From Trichoplax adhaerens (lineage: Eukaryota; Animalia; Placozoa): DNA of 64,000 nt. The stretch spans positions 7,859,880 through 7,923,879 of the forward strand of contig NW_002060947.1 in the NCBI RefSeq assembly GCF_000150275.1, read 5' to 3'. Made by a program: the position numbers and the translations under genes. Position 1 is the first letter of the stretch, and each line of letters starts with the position of its first letter. The notes below the pieces were generated by a model that worked only from the letters and a program-made list of their open reading frames with translations, was not told the DNA's origin and ran no database searches. Positions 40,376 through 53,700 of this stretch are shown here, one piece after another.

Positions 40376-42689
40376 TTATGTAAGATTGTCAGATAGTCAG
40401 ATAGTCCTTGGTAGTTAGACGAACCTAACTTCTGTAATAAAGTGAAATTTGCAGGAAACTATAGTTCTTGATTTATTGTTTTGAAGATCACTTTATCACA
40501 CAGTATCATCATTAATATAGTAATCAATTAAACATCCATAGTTAATAAGAGCATCGGAATAATTTCTATAATCTCACATTTACCAGATAGGTTTCTCAAA
40601 TTAGAACTGGTAGGTAATATTATCATGTAAATAAAGATAGTTATCCTATCTATAATTACTTTGGACGACTATTTATAACTGACAATCATCTGTTATCGAC
40701 TAACTTATCAACTCCCTCAATTAAGAGCTTTGAGATTTTTATATACCCTTATAAGCACCATTGGTGCAAAACAATAATAAATTAATAGCCAAATCTACAT
40801 ACAAAATATAGAAAGAATCACAATACACTTTCTATAAAATTTAATAGTTAATTAATGGTTAGGTGTTAGCATATGATTAATTACTCAACAAAATTATTTC
40901 ATTGATGACGTAATAATTAATTAATTGTCACACCGGATTTAGCAAGCAGTAGATAGGACGAAAGTAAACTATTTATAACTAATGAACGTATTTGGATGAC
41001 TATTTTAAATCCACGATGAAAATTATCGGCGTGAAAGCTAATGAACAGGATTATGACGCAATTGCGTAAGGTAGTCTACTCTACTTATTTTCTACTACAG
41101 TTTTAGCATTATGCTAAGTAAATTTTTTGCCTATATAATTTAACTAGTAAGTATGATTCTGTAATGCAAGTAATACGATCAGACTGCTACGATAATTAAA
41201 CGTCATACTGACCTCACTTAAATTTCAGAAGTAAAACAATTAAAAGCTACATTGAATTATGTTGTAAATTGTGAAAGTAATGGTCTTTACGGTGGTTAAG
41301 ACAACAATTTTAGTATCATTCTGCTATATGCCCACGTTAGTCTGAAAAGAGAATCGATGCAACTATGCATACTTACTATCTCTTTACTAGAATAAATTTC
41401 AGAACGATTTATTGCACTAAATTATGCTAATTAATTTCTAGTATAGTAATCTATACCGGTCTATGAATGAGTAACGTCGATGAACTTTATACAAGAAATG
41501 CAGATTTCTTCTAGTAATTTCATGTTAACATCTTACTGGATAAAGTAGAATATTCTAATGTAGTTTGACGGCCACAGATTATAAATTTATTCTAGCAACT
41601 AGCATAATATAAGAAGGAGAATTCGTATACCATAGTGGTCTATTTATGCCCAGTCCTTGCTCTTTATATGAAAACGTTACTCAATCTCGGTTGATAGAAT
41701 ATATTTCGGATGTAGAATTGAGACTTATGAATTATGAAATTAAGCTTCTAACGTGCATCTTACTTTAGACAGACGTTAATTTGAGTTGATAAGCTCCTGC
41801 ATTTATGTACAATTACAAGTTATGGAACATATTGTATGTACAAGAATTGATCGTTGTGAGACATAAATTATGCATAGTTTAGATGAAAAAGGATAGATGC
41901 AAGAAATAGCTAAGGATTTCCGTTCGGTTAGACTTTACCGAATTTTTGAATTTTCTCTAGGAAGAAACGAATAAAATCCCTGACTTATGGATGAGTAATC
42001 AACTTTATTTTGTAGGTCATTTTTGATGTTGATTTGGTTGCATGGCATTAGAGACTTACTCTTATTGCATTTGAACCTTTATCAATTGTAAACCTATTTT
42101 AATAAAAGAGTTTATTTATTCATCGTACTCATAGAATCAAATGAACTTTATAATAGCAATTAGACATTTGTAATGACACCTTCTTCACTATGTCTGATCT
42201 GTTTATTAATAAGAAACATAGACATTTTAAGTATTAATTATGCATTCACTAACACCCTTTTTAATATGTGCTACTTACGTGAATTTACCCTCTTTTAAAA
42301 AGCAAAATTGCAACATAAGTAGCGAAAGGTAATGCTTTCGACAATTCTTAAAGCAAATAAATATATCAAGAAAGTGTAGTTTAATGATGTGATAAATTCT
42401 TTTCAAGTTTACTAAAGCAGTAGATTATAGAATCTTTTCTCTTCTTATGAATTCCACGCATCTCATGATCATTCTTACGATAGGGAACAATTGCTTATTT
42501 ACTAAATATTTATTATTGCTGCCTGGCAATATTGCCCACTATCAAGCACATATACACCCGTCTGATGTCTGATATTTTAATTTTTGCAATTTAAATCACC
42601 TCAATTAAGTAACTTACTTCAATTAATATTGTAGATACAATAACTACCAATCATTCACTGGGGTAAACGCTAATGGAACAGTTAAATTA

Positions 42690-44670
42690 AATAGGCAATA
42701 CTAATATTGAATCTATGTCTGAGTTACCATCGCCTTGCTATGGCAACGATCCCAGATAGGCTAAATTCATCATTTCATATCCAATAGATTAATATACGAC
42801 CAGTTCTATAGCGTTATTGCTCTTTGTTGCTATCATTTTTCGGTAGTAGAACAGCTAAATCAGACAGGTAATACTAATATTGGATCAGTGTCTGAACTAC
42901 TATCGTCTAGCTAAGGCAATGAGTTCAGATTGGTTAAAATTTACCACCTTATGTCACATAGATTAATAGACGGTCAGTTTCATAGAGTTGTTACCTTTTC
43001 TTGTTATCATCCTTCTCTTAAGCTATTTACTAGCTTCAAAAGTACCTTGACCTATGAATAATGGGATCATGAGTCATCTTTCATCAGCTGATCCTTACAT
43101 TCACAGCTTTAATTTTATTTCCTATTACCTTTACAATTAGAAATACACAAAAAAAGAGTTAATTAGCATACAAAAGCAGATTGATTGTTAGTATAATCGC
43201 CATTAAAAAAGCCATTGCCATGCTAATAGGATTAAGCAATTGATTATTTACTCTAATGGAACCACTTTGCAGAAAGAATTACGCATTTATTGAAGTCATT
43301 AAGTGATAAAGCTCAGAGTAGAATCACAATCTTGATTGAATGCATTCTTGATTACAATTTTAATGAATATTTAACATGGTAAATCCGTAGACTAGACCGG
43401 ATTGATTATAATTATAGTAGTATTTATAAGCTTTATTAGAAATGTCATTACTATGCTACTAGGGTAACCAATCGATTATTTGCTTCAATAGGGCTAATAT
43501 ACGAAATAGGATTATATATTGAAATCAGTAGATAATAGAACTCAGAATGGAATCACAATTTAAATTGAGTGTATTTTTGATTACAATTTTAATGAATATT
43601 TATCAATAACAATCTTTAACTCTCGTTCTTCTCCATTCTCTATTGTTCTCTTTTCGTGGTTATTATCACGTACCTTTTTCTTTTTACAAACTCTATGCCA
43701 TTAGGAAATCTACAGCCTATAAATTTAGCATAGCAGTTACTAAGAGTTGTTGCTGCAGCCCATAACAGGCAATTTCCTATTCTATTACAGTCCTAGGCTA
43801 GTCATTCTTTCAATAAACCGAGAGTATCATCATAGTGAGTATACTATAAAGGTAAACTGCATCCAATCGCTTTATTCTGTCACTTTGGTTGTCATTCCTG
43901 GAATAGATGTAGCATGTTGTAGGAAAGTAATATAACGAATTCATTGTGGTTATTCAGGATTAAATTATACAATATAGGTTAAAGCATGGCTGTGGAATTG
44001 ATTGTAGTAGATGGAAGCGATCATGAAGTTATTCCATCTCCAACTAAATAATTACGAATTTTCTATCATAGTTCAATGTCTTAATTAAAGGAGTAAAGTA
44101 TTGAATTACTTCAATTAAAGCATGGCGTTATCATCTGATTAACCCATAGAAATTAAACCTAAACTAGTCATCAGTCCTTTATTCTTGGACTGCTATATTA
44201 TTCTTTCTTGACATAGTCTTCTGAATATTGCTTCATTAATATAGCAATACGATTGAAGAAGTTTAGTACACAATTGATGGTCTATACGTTACATTATGGA
44301 ACCGCATAATTACAAATTGCCTTATAGTTTAATGTCTTAAAGGAGTACATGGCAGAATTATTTCAATCAAAGTATACCGCAATGATCTATTTAATCCACT
44401 GAAACTAAATCTGAACTAGTCGTCAGTCCTTTGTTTCTGGATTACTGAATTATTCTTTCTTTACATAATCTTCTGGATTATTAATCAGCCCACAGAAATT
44501 AAATCTAAGCTAGTCGCTAGTCCTTTATTCCTGGGCTACAGTATTTTTTCTTTTCATACTCTTTGGATTATTAATTAGCCCACAGAAATTAAATTTAAAC
44601 AAGTTGTCAGTCCTTTATTCCTAGATTATTGTATTATTCTTTCTTTACATTTCCTTCCGATTATTGATTA
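42690..44670. repeat. Patch of degenerate tandem and dispersed duplications (about 175 bp x2, about 230 bp x2, about 92 bp x4)
   Basis: 42692-42840 matches 42865-43015. 43235-43375 matches 43468-43605 (shared ttgattacaattttaatgaatattta). An about 92-bp unit (gaaattaaa...agtcctttattc...attctttct) recurs at about 44150, 44400, 44495 and 44585. 44240-44295 recurs at about 45574-45630. Confidence 0.7.
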
Positions 44671-47600
44671 ATTGAGATTACATTTTATCCCTTTTCACCA
44701 CTATTAATTTTTCTTGCATGATTCACAGTCGTTGAAATAATATTGGCATTTCAATAGATAACTTTCCAAGCACAAATAAAAGCCCATAGTTAAAACTCAA
44801 AGTAATTTATCGTTTTGAAGAAATGAAGCTTTAATTCTACTATTTAGGATTACTTCAAGCTATTGATTTAATGATATCATGCTTCCAATACAACGAACTA
44901 TTATTAGTTTTCCGGATATTGACAGGGTAGTTTAGCACTATAAGCATAAATTAAATTCTAATAATCAAGATTATAACTAGATAAGTGGTATATTGATGAA
45001 GTTTTAACACTATAAATATCAGATTAAATTCCTATAAAATACATCATAATTGGTTATGTGGTATATGGATGAATTTTTTCTATAACGGTTAATATCTATT
45101 TTTTGCATATCATCCTGCATTAAATAGACTTGATGTACGAAATGTCAAGTCTTCATCCACCGATATGGCAAAAGATTTTAGACATTAAGAGCAGTCATTC
45201 ATCAATAACGAGATCTAAATCAAATAGTTCATATTATTGTACTCTTACTAGTAAGTGTCTTTACCTATATTTCTCTCTCTTTCTTGCTAAAATCTTATCG
45301 AATAATAATGATAATGTCCTATAAAGCAGTAATAATGGCAAACGGTGAATATTGGATAGGTCAATAAACATCAATCACACGTTTAATTGTAGCTGCACAT
45401 TTATGAGTCATTATACATAAAAGTATCGGTTGTTATATAAACGGGATCAATGACCATTAGCCTATTATTGTCCAACTCAAAGACATCATTTATTAGGTAA
45501 TTATGAATACAATAATTACTATTCTATGAAAAGCTAACTATTTCCTAATTGATTTTATGATCACTTAATCAGAATAGCGATGCAATTGAAGAGGTTTAGT
45601 ATCCAATTGATGGTCCATGCGTTACATCATCTAATCAAACATTGGACTTTATGTCAAAATATCAATCATGAGATGAACAGACAAGGTTGTATTATGAAAG
45701 ATATAAACAGTAGGACTATTTTCATGGTGTAATTTCTTGATAAGATTATAATAAGACACTATATTGCTCTATTTCTATATGATTCATGTTCTAGTCTAGC
45801 ATTATTAGGACTGGAGACAAACGTGCTATATAAGCGAAGATCATTTATTGGTAAATCACAATTAGTGAATAGAAGATGATTTTGTTCGTTCTAGCTTTAG
45901 CCATCGTAACCATTTATAAAGAAAAAAACATAAATTGAAATTATTTTAAATTTGGTAATCGATACTAAGCTATCAATGATAGATTGTTAGCGTAAATGGT
46001 ATAAACACTAAGTCTATTAGTTTTATATTGATTAATAAGTCAATTTATCGTTCTTGCAGAAGAATTTCATTAAGAATGTGACTTAGACTGAATACTACGG
46101 ACATTGCCAAATCATATTTCATGGCTGTAAACATTGATCACAGTTATCATATAGAGATCAAAGTTTAAAAAGTGTTACATGCACTCCGCACTCTGCACAC
46201 TTTGCACTTAACACTCCACGCTTTAAGCCCTTCGATTTGGTGCTTGCTTTAAGCATGGAGTTCTTTTGCCTTGCTACTCCTTAGCAATGTTAATAATAGC
46301 TCTTTTAAATCCAGTAATAGTCTCCTGAAGCGGTTATTTTAAATATAATTCTTTTTACTCTGCTATTCATGAACAATATTAATCATAATTTTTATGTCCA
46401 GCAATAGTCCCCTTAAAAGGTTTTATTCTACCAAATGACCCTAAAATCAAACACTCATAAATCAATCAATTGGTAAGCTACGTAGACGTACACCGTAAAT
46501 TAAGGATTAGATTAAATTTTCACCAATATGTTTATCACAGTATCTCTAGATTTTTAGTAAAAATTGCGATCGATTTTATGATAATGATCAAGTGAAGGAA
46601 TTTGATATTACCATAACAGAGAATTTGCGTTCGAGCTCGTAAAATTAACCCTGAATTATTACGCAATCAAATGTAAATACACTTGCAATTATATGCTTTA
46701 CAATACAAATTTACTACGGACGAAATGTGAATATTAGCATAGAAGGTTCATTTTTTACTGGTAAAGCTTCAATCAGTATTATTTACCTTATTAATTTTAA
46801 TAATTGCTAGTTTGTTCATATATCATATATGGACAATGTCCATTATAGCCAATAGATGTACGAACACATGCATTAGTCAAGGTCATAGATAGAATTGAAT
46901 AGTAAGTAAGATAGATTAAAGATGCAAGTTGTAACTTTCAAATCTTTACTAATATGTCTCGAACTAAATGGCATCAATTTACCTTGCTGAGGTGATTATC
47001 CACACTAGTGTTGGTAAACAACACTAAATTTAAAATAACAGGCTCCCATCAAACATGAAAGGAAAGCTTGTTTACCCTTCGCCTGCACTGTTCATGGAAT
47101 TTATGAGTCATCCTGCGTTTGTTTAAACTTTGATTCATTAGTTTATTTAATCGGAAACATTAAGTGATGCTACTAATTAATCGTGTCAACCGAAGCCATG
47201 CTTTATTTTTAATAAAGAACAAGACAGGCAAAGTATTAGTGGGTAAGTAATATAATATTCCTTTATCATTCAAAGCACAATTTTTTGGCATACGTGCTAC
47301 GGGTTTCATAAATAAACGTCTGAAAAGATGGCAATAGGAATTATCCTACTATTTCAGCTATCTTTTCCTTGGATTAAATTATAGACATATAATCCAAATC
47401 TTAGTCTTTGGAAAAATAAGTTTTAGATTACGAAAATACAATACCAACATCAAGATTGAATAAAATATTGATATTTACTAGTAAGGTAGATGCTTGTTAA
47501 TACGAGCGTGGACTCCTATATGCCACAGGTAACAAAATCAATAAAATAGATATGTATATTAACAAACAGATACACAAACTCACTGTTTTTCGATATGTAA

Positions 47601-47911
47601 TATCATAAAATTCAATTAAAAATATCAGAATAAAAGGGTACCACGGATAATTTAAATAATTATTTTGTATCATATACATTCATTTATTGTTGATGTTGGC
47701 TAAATTAGAAGGGTTGATAATGATTATCTGAATTATGATTGCGGTTATCATGCTAATTTCAATTCATACCCTTAAACAAATAATTCAATGATAATTAATC
47801 GAAACAAATTCAATTTTAAATTCAAGCTTCTTTTCAAAGAGTTGCATTCTCTATTTATATTACCAGTATATATTGTACTAACAACCAATATTAGATATTG
47901 CTTTGTTGTTG

Positions 47912-49205
47912 TTACTTGCAATGATATTTATATGGTGACCTTGATCGATGCAAATCACGATCATATTCCATTTTACATTTTCGAACTGACTTGCTATAGA
48001 TCCAAGTACATCGTTGATTTGATGAATGATAAGCACATGTACTATGCAAAGCATGACAATCTGTTGATATAACTACGCTTGAATTCAATGGACAGTGACT
48101 AAAAGCCATCACCTTAGGTTTCCACAGGCATTCATTCTTGTTGGCTGTACACAATTTCTTTTTATCCTTGTTATTTTCTACATTATGACATAATTTAATA
48201 TTGCAACGATGACAATTATCGTTGTAAGCATGTCGTAAACCAAATCGCTGCTCACGTGTGATATTATGCCATGGGGCATAGAATCCACATTGTTTCAAAA
48301 TTAAATGTTTCCTGTCTTGGCTAAAAGAGCCAAATATGACGTAGGTTGATTTAGGTTGTAGAGTAATAGCTGATTTGCTAGCGACAAGAGACTGCTCAAC
48401 TTGTAACTTGACATTCTTCTGCCACATGTCAAAACCAATAGAATTGGATCGATCAAGAAAGAATTTTTTAACGTGGATTTTGTAGCTTGTAATTTGAATT
48501 GGATTCGCAATATCGTTGGTCACAGTTATTTTACCCATTGAGATTATCCTAGCCTTAATAGCTATATTAATAAAAAATATAAAGAAATATAGATACATGA
48601 GATCATTAGCCTATACAATCACATCATCAAAATTGGCTATAGCAATGTGTAGATTATTATTCTAACAGTTCCATTTAGAAAGTAATGTAATATATCAATA
48701 TTTTGATATTGCCATCATAATAATGATAATTCTATCATCTATAAACTGGTATTTTATCAAGTAGAATTATTTATAAAAATTTATAGTAGAGTTATGCTTC
48801 AAATAAAGTTCAATCTCTGGTTGGAAATACTATTGAGACCAATGTAACTACAAATTTCTGATCTCAATAACGTCTTTCAATATAGGGAGTTCGATTATAT
48901 TATATTAATATTGGATCAAGTAGTTGTTAAGTCGCGGCACATCAAAAGGCTTTCTATGTACTACGCTATATTCTATATGTTGCTGAAAATTTACATCTTT
49001 GATCTATTTCAAAGATGATATAAAAACGCTATAGAAGACAGGAAAAAGTTTTTGTCAATTTTATTTTATATTTACCGAAATCAGACAGGCAAAATAACGT
49101 CTGGGGATGCTGATACTTGCAGCTTTTGTTAGCATTGAGGCATGTTACAACGGTAGCTGCCACCAGAATAAGCGCTGGACACATAAAGTTAGTTGAGAAG
49201 GCCAT
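47912..49205 (-). CDS. TIMP: Secreted TIMP-family (NTR domain) protein lacking the Cys1/Cys70 pair
   Basis: Exon 1 49205-49076 encodes MAFSTNFMCPALILVAATVVTCLNANKSCKYQHPQTLFCLSDF. Exon 2 48561-47912 encodes AIKARI...YKIHVKKFF...YVIFG...QCGFYAPWHNITREQRFGLRHAYNDNCHRC...NECLW...CTW. Matches TIMP signatures HPQxxFCxSDxxIxAxx, CxFxxPWxxxxxxQxxGL and ECLW. Confidence 0.9.
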
Positions 49206-49290
49206 AGCTTGAAGATGTGATGAGTAAATTATGCAGGTGTTATCGATAAATTGTCGCTGCTTAAATAATTTAGAGACTCGCTCAGCCCAT

Positions 49291-49380
49291 GTTATATATC
49301 CTCCCTGTCGGTAAATTTACATTTCTAAATTTGATTATTGCTTTACATATAATATGGGTTCCTTTTATCTAATGACTCAT
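49291..49380 (-). promoter_or_regulatory. TATA box and proximal AP-1 site of the TIMP-like gene
   Basis: Minus-strand GATATATAAC at 49291-49300 and ATGACTCAT at 49372-49380, upstream of the ATG at 49205. Confidence 0.5.
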
Positions 49381-50762
49381 ATGCGTATCTCCCACCTTAT
49401 CAAGTAATGATCCAATTTTTGTCATTGTTTAATAAACTATAAGATATGCAATTTTATGGTAACATAACATATCAAACAATGCTCGTATGGTTTGTAAATA
49501 AAAATTGCTAATTTTAGAAGTATATTTAACAGAAATCCAAGTGTCAATCAAATAGACTTAATTATCCAACAATTACAGTTCAACATTGTTGTGATTTTCT
49601 AGGAAAATCATGATAAGGTGATAAAGTAATTTCAAAGTCAAAATAGAATTATTTGCTGCTATTCAATTATAGCAATAGACATAAAAAACATCAATGTATT
49701 TCTTTGTAAGATAAACTGATACAGGGGCTTGCGTTATTAGCTCAGTTGCTTCTTGAAAGTGATGAAATAATTGACATGAGAATTTCATCACCTCGTAATA
49801 ATGCTAAATTTACTAGCCATAGCATTTATTTTGAGGTAAAGTTTAAAATGCTTTTAATTTTCTTGATGAAAAGTTATTGTTAATATTGTATTCCTATGTT
49901 CACATATCAGAATATATCTTTAGTTTCAGTCTATGGGTTCGAAGTTATGATATTGCTCATTTATCAACCTCCTCGCTTGATAATTAGTTCAACACTTTAG
50001 ATGGTGTTATTACTTTGCAAGACATCGCAAAGGACTACTGCGATAAAATTATCCTGTCAACTTTCGAAATATTTTACGAGGATAGTTTCTTTACCCGTAT
50101 TCATTGAACATATTTGAAGTGACATTAGCTATGGTCTAATACAGCGCTCGATTTTTAATTAATTATAAATAAAATATAATCTAAGATGCCATCTGATTAG
50201 CTCGGCTTTTTAGAAAAATATCGATATGTACCTTACAGATTACACCAGACAAAGACTATTATTAAGCGATAACGTACTAATCATACTATGCCTTAACAAA
50301 TGTAATCTCTAATTTACTTCTATAGAGCTTTGATAAAATATTTGCTAATAGAAATTTTATAATGATGCATTGTAATGCTAATAAATATACTCTGCCAGTA
50401 GTAGGCGGTTACGCTTTAGTGCTTGATTTCTTAAACAAGCTAAAATATATAATTGTCAAAAGCCCACATGATAGTAAGTGCATATCAGCTTGTATTATCC
50501 ATTTGATTTTATTCAATTTTTACAGAAAGTTGCATAAAGCTATGACTATGAGTAAAGCGAAAATGAATCTATATGACATCAATCCAACTCATATAATTAA
50601 GAAAATCCATTAATTTCTATATCAAACACTACGTTTAAAATAATATTTATTGTATCGTACAAATATATAAAAGATTTAAATCTTTAATAAGATAGAAAAT
50701 TGTTGCATAGGGTAAATGAATTTTTATGCAAGAAGTAAAAATTTCCTGTTTATACGAGTATA

Positions 50763-53700
50763 CTAGAAAATTGTTCCCAAAGCTTCGAACCAAGATACCA
50801 ATGTTGGATCAGTAAGCGTGCAAATTTTAAATTCATCAAAGGACAACCTAGCCAAAAGATATTATGAAATATGGCTTAAAATAAAAATGAATCGAATCAG
50901 GACATAATTAACTGCTCCATCATTCATTTAAGATATTACCTGCCATCCCTATTAAGATCGCCATGACGAAAAACGTTTTCTACCATCTCATCAATAGCAT
51001 CTTGTGACATGGCTTCCATAACCGGCCACATGCTTTCTCTGTTATTTAAAATTGATTAATTGTAGTTAATTTATGACAACAATGAAACATACCTAAATTA
51101 CTTTTTAAAAATAATATTTCATATGGCATTTTAACCTTTTTCCGTAAAAACTGGATTGATTGTCAGGAAGCTTTAAAACCTTCTCTTTAGAACTAACACT
51201 TGGGCCAGTATTGACAGGGATTGGCGAATTGAAAAATGATGATACAGGCTTTCCATGCATGTCATCGATATCATAGGGCTACATGCATATAATCGTAAAT
51301 GCAGTCATCGAAAAAAATAAGACAATATATTTCATCAATACAACAAAGTTATTCTAGAGTTTGTATTAATCCTATAATATTAGCTACTAAGAAAAATTGC
51401 ACTGGAGTAGCTACCCTTAGATATTAGCCATTTTATGTTACAAATTAGCACGCTAATAAAACTAAATATTGTCAAAAGGTAAACAATTTTAACTCCACCA
51501 CTATTGACAATGGCTATGAAATAATAGGGTGTAATAATGAATCACTATCAGTAAAATATATACCATTGAATCTTCACATCCTTTTACGACATCCCGTACT
51601 AAATCAATTGTAACACCAAAGTAAGCCTAAAAGAAATTTTAACACCGGAACAAGATAATACCATTACAAATGATACAGATATACAGTAAATCATTACCAG
51701 CTCAAGAAATCTATTTGTGTATTGCAATAGTGTATTAGATAATAGTATCATAACAAACCTTAAACATTCGTCTTAAATTTTCTTTACTTATGTAGCCAGA
51801 CCCATCTAAATCATAGCCAGTAAATACGTCTAAACATACAGATAGCCATATTTATAAAATGCAATCTCGATAGCTTATAGTCATTTTAGTTATCATAAAT
51901 ACGCCTTTCACATTTTAGCTTTTCATCCAAATTCCCTTTAATAAGAATTGAGAGGCCGTGAACAAATTCATTAAAATCGATATAACCATTACCATTTCTA
52001 TCAAAAAACTTTATCAAAAAGAATGAGTTTTAAATTGTACATTTCTTTAATTTAGACTAGTTTATATCTAATTCTTTTATATGTACAATATTATTGGAAC
52101 AGGAAAACCTCATAGATAATTTTTTTTCTACTATATTGACTTTACCTTAAATAAACGACTCATAACTAGATTTGCTTTACGCCCAAGTGGGCCAAGGCAT
52201 AAATTAAACACCTCCCGTGATATTCCTTTTACATTATCAGTAAGGACTGAAAACTGTTCGTAAAGGCCATTAATTTCTGATAAATCAACTAGGAAGACAA
52301 CATAATAAAGAATAAAGTAATTATCAACACTATACTGACGAAAACTCAATGCGATGAACATTATTGGTACAGAGTATAAACAGAGAAAGCTCACAATGAG
52401 TGGATTTTTTGTACAACGCAATGTCCTCCCGCAGTAAAGAATGCTTGACCTTATGTGATCCTATAATTATTTTTTTAACAACATGATGAAATTATGTAAT
52501 TGACTCTAATACAACTAGCTATAATAAAAGCACTTTTTTTCTCACGCAACCTGGATACAAAGGTGAAAGTAGAGCGTTACGAGGATTTATTAGTGAAGGA
52601 ATAGGAATTTTGATTTTCAAGAATACATGCATTTTGTTATGATTATCCTGTTAAAATAAAGAAATGATTGAATGGGCATTTACATAGAACCATGCTATTT
52701 ATTGTATTTGCTAAATTTTATTCATCGTTGAACCTACCTTGCTTTCACATCGTTCGCAAACATCATAATCGCTGCAGTTTGCACACTAAAGAAATAAAAT
52801 GGTAATTAAAATATATATTCACATCCACGTGCAAAATAAACTTTTAATTTTACGATCCGCCAAGTTTTAGCTAAAGCTAACTTTACACGTTAACCATTAA
52901 CTTTTCAATATATTAACCTTGTACCGGATACCACAGATCGGATTCATTCCACAAGAATTGCACACAATTCCACGATGACTAAAACCATCTATCGTATACA
53001 ATGAAAATTGTAAATAAATTCAAGTCAGAGTCTAATTTTTGACAATAAATAGCTAATCAGGCATAGCATTATTAATAATTGATATTGCCGCACCTTTAAC
53101 AGCTTTATCATCTGCAATGCAATAGAGTAAACTTAACAAGTTTTGATTATACATTGGTTGCTGTGAATTTATAATAAGAATAAATTAGCAGATTAATGAC
53201 ACAAGTGTTAATTATGATATTTACTTATTTCTAATCTCCGTCAGATCAAATGTTACCAATAAAGCTATTACCAACAATAATAATCTATTTTAATTCGAAA
53301 ACAAAGCCTGTTAATGTTATATTGTAACCTTGACGTTGTCCTATCATAATCAAGACGATACGCGGGAGTGTCATAGCTTATTTCATATATCTATTGTCAT
53401 GTCTTTTTCAACTGATGTCAACAATGCTGATCAACCACATGTCGGTACTAACTGAATAAATGATTATCCATTGAAGCGTATACGTTTATCTCGATGGTAC
53501 TTTTCACGCACGGCAAATAATTGATAGTCATCTAATACTAAGCCAGATACTATCTTGAAAGTTTTATGATATTGATCTGTCAAATAAACAATGATTACGC
53601 TATGCAAATGCGCGAGCAAAATTGTCAGATTAACCAAATATAGGGTTAAAACAGGGGCAATGTTACGATAATTTTATAGTCTTACAGCTATAACATTTTT

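Noticed and set aside
44140-44660. The 92-bp repeats as tandem micro-exon/intron units on the minus strand
   Set aside because: Only one copy has both a GT donor and an AG acceptor; the others read TTCTG or TTCTA at the acceptor position.
19150-48510. Short ORF-track entries such as 19150, 22076, 25267, 28107, 29881, 30188, 32438, 34218, 34697, 35625, 38187, 43747, 45130, 47497, 47788 and 48301
   Set aside because: They are antisense or off-frame shadows of real exons, or chance AT-rich ORFs without motifs or splice support.
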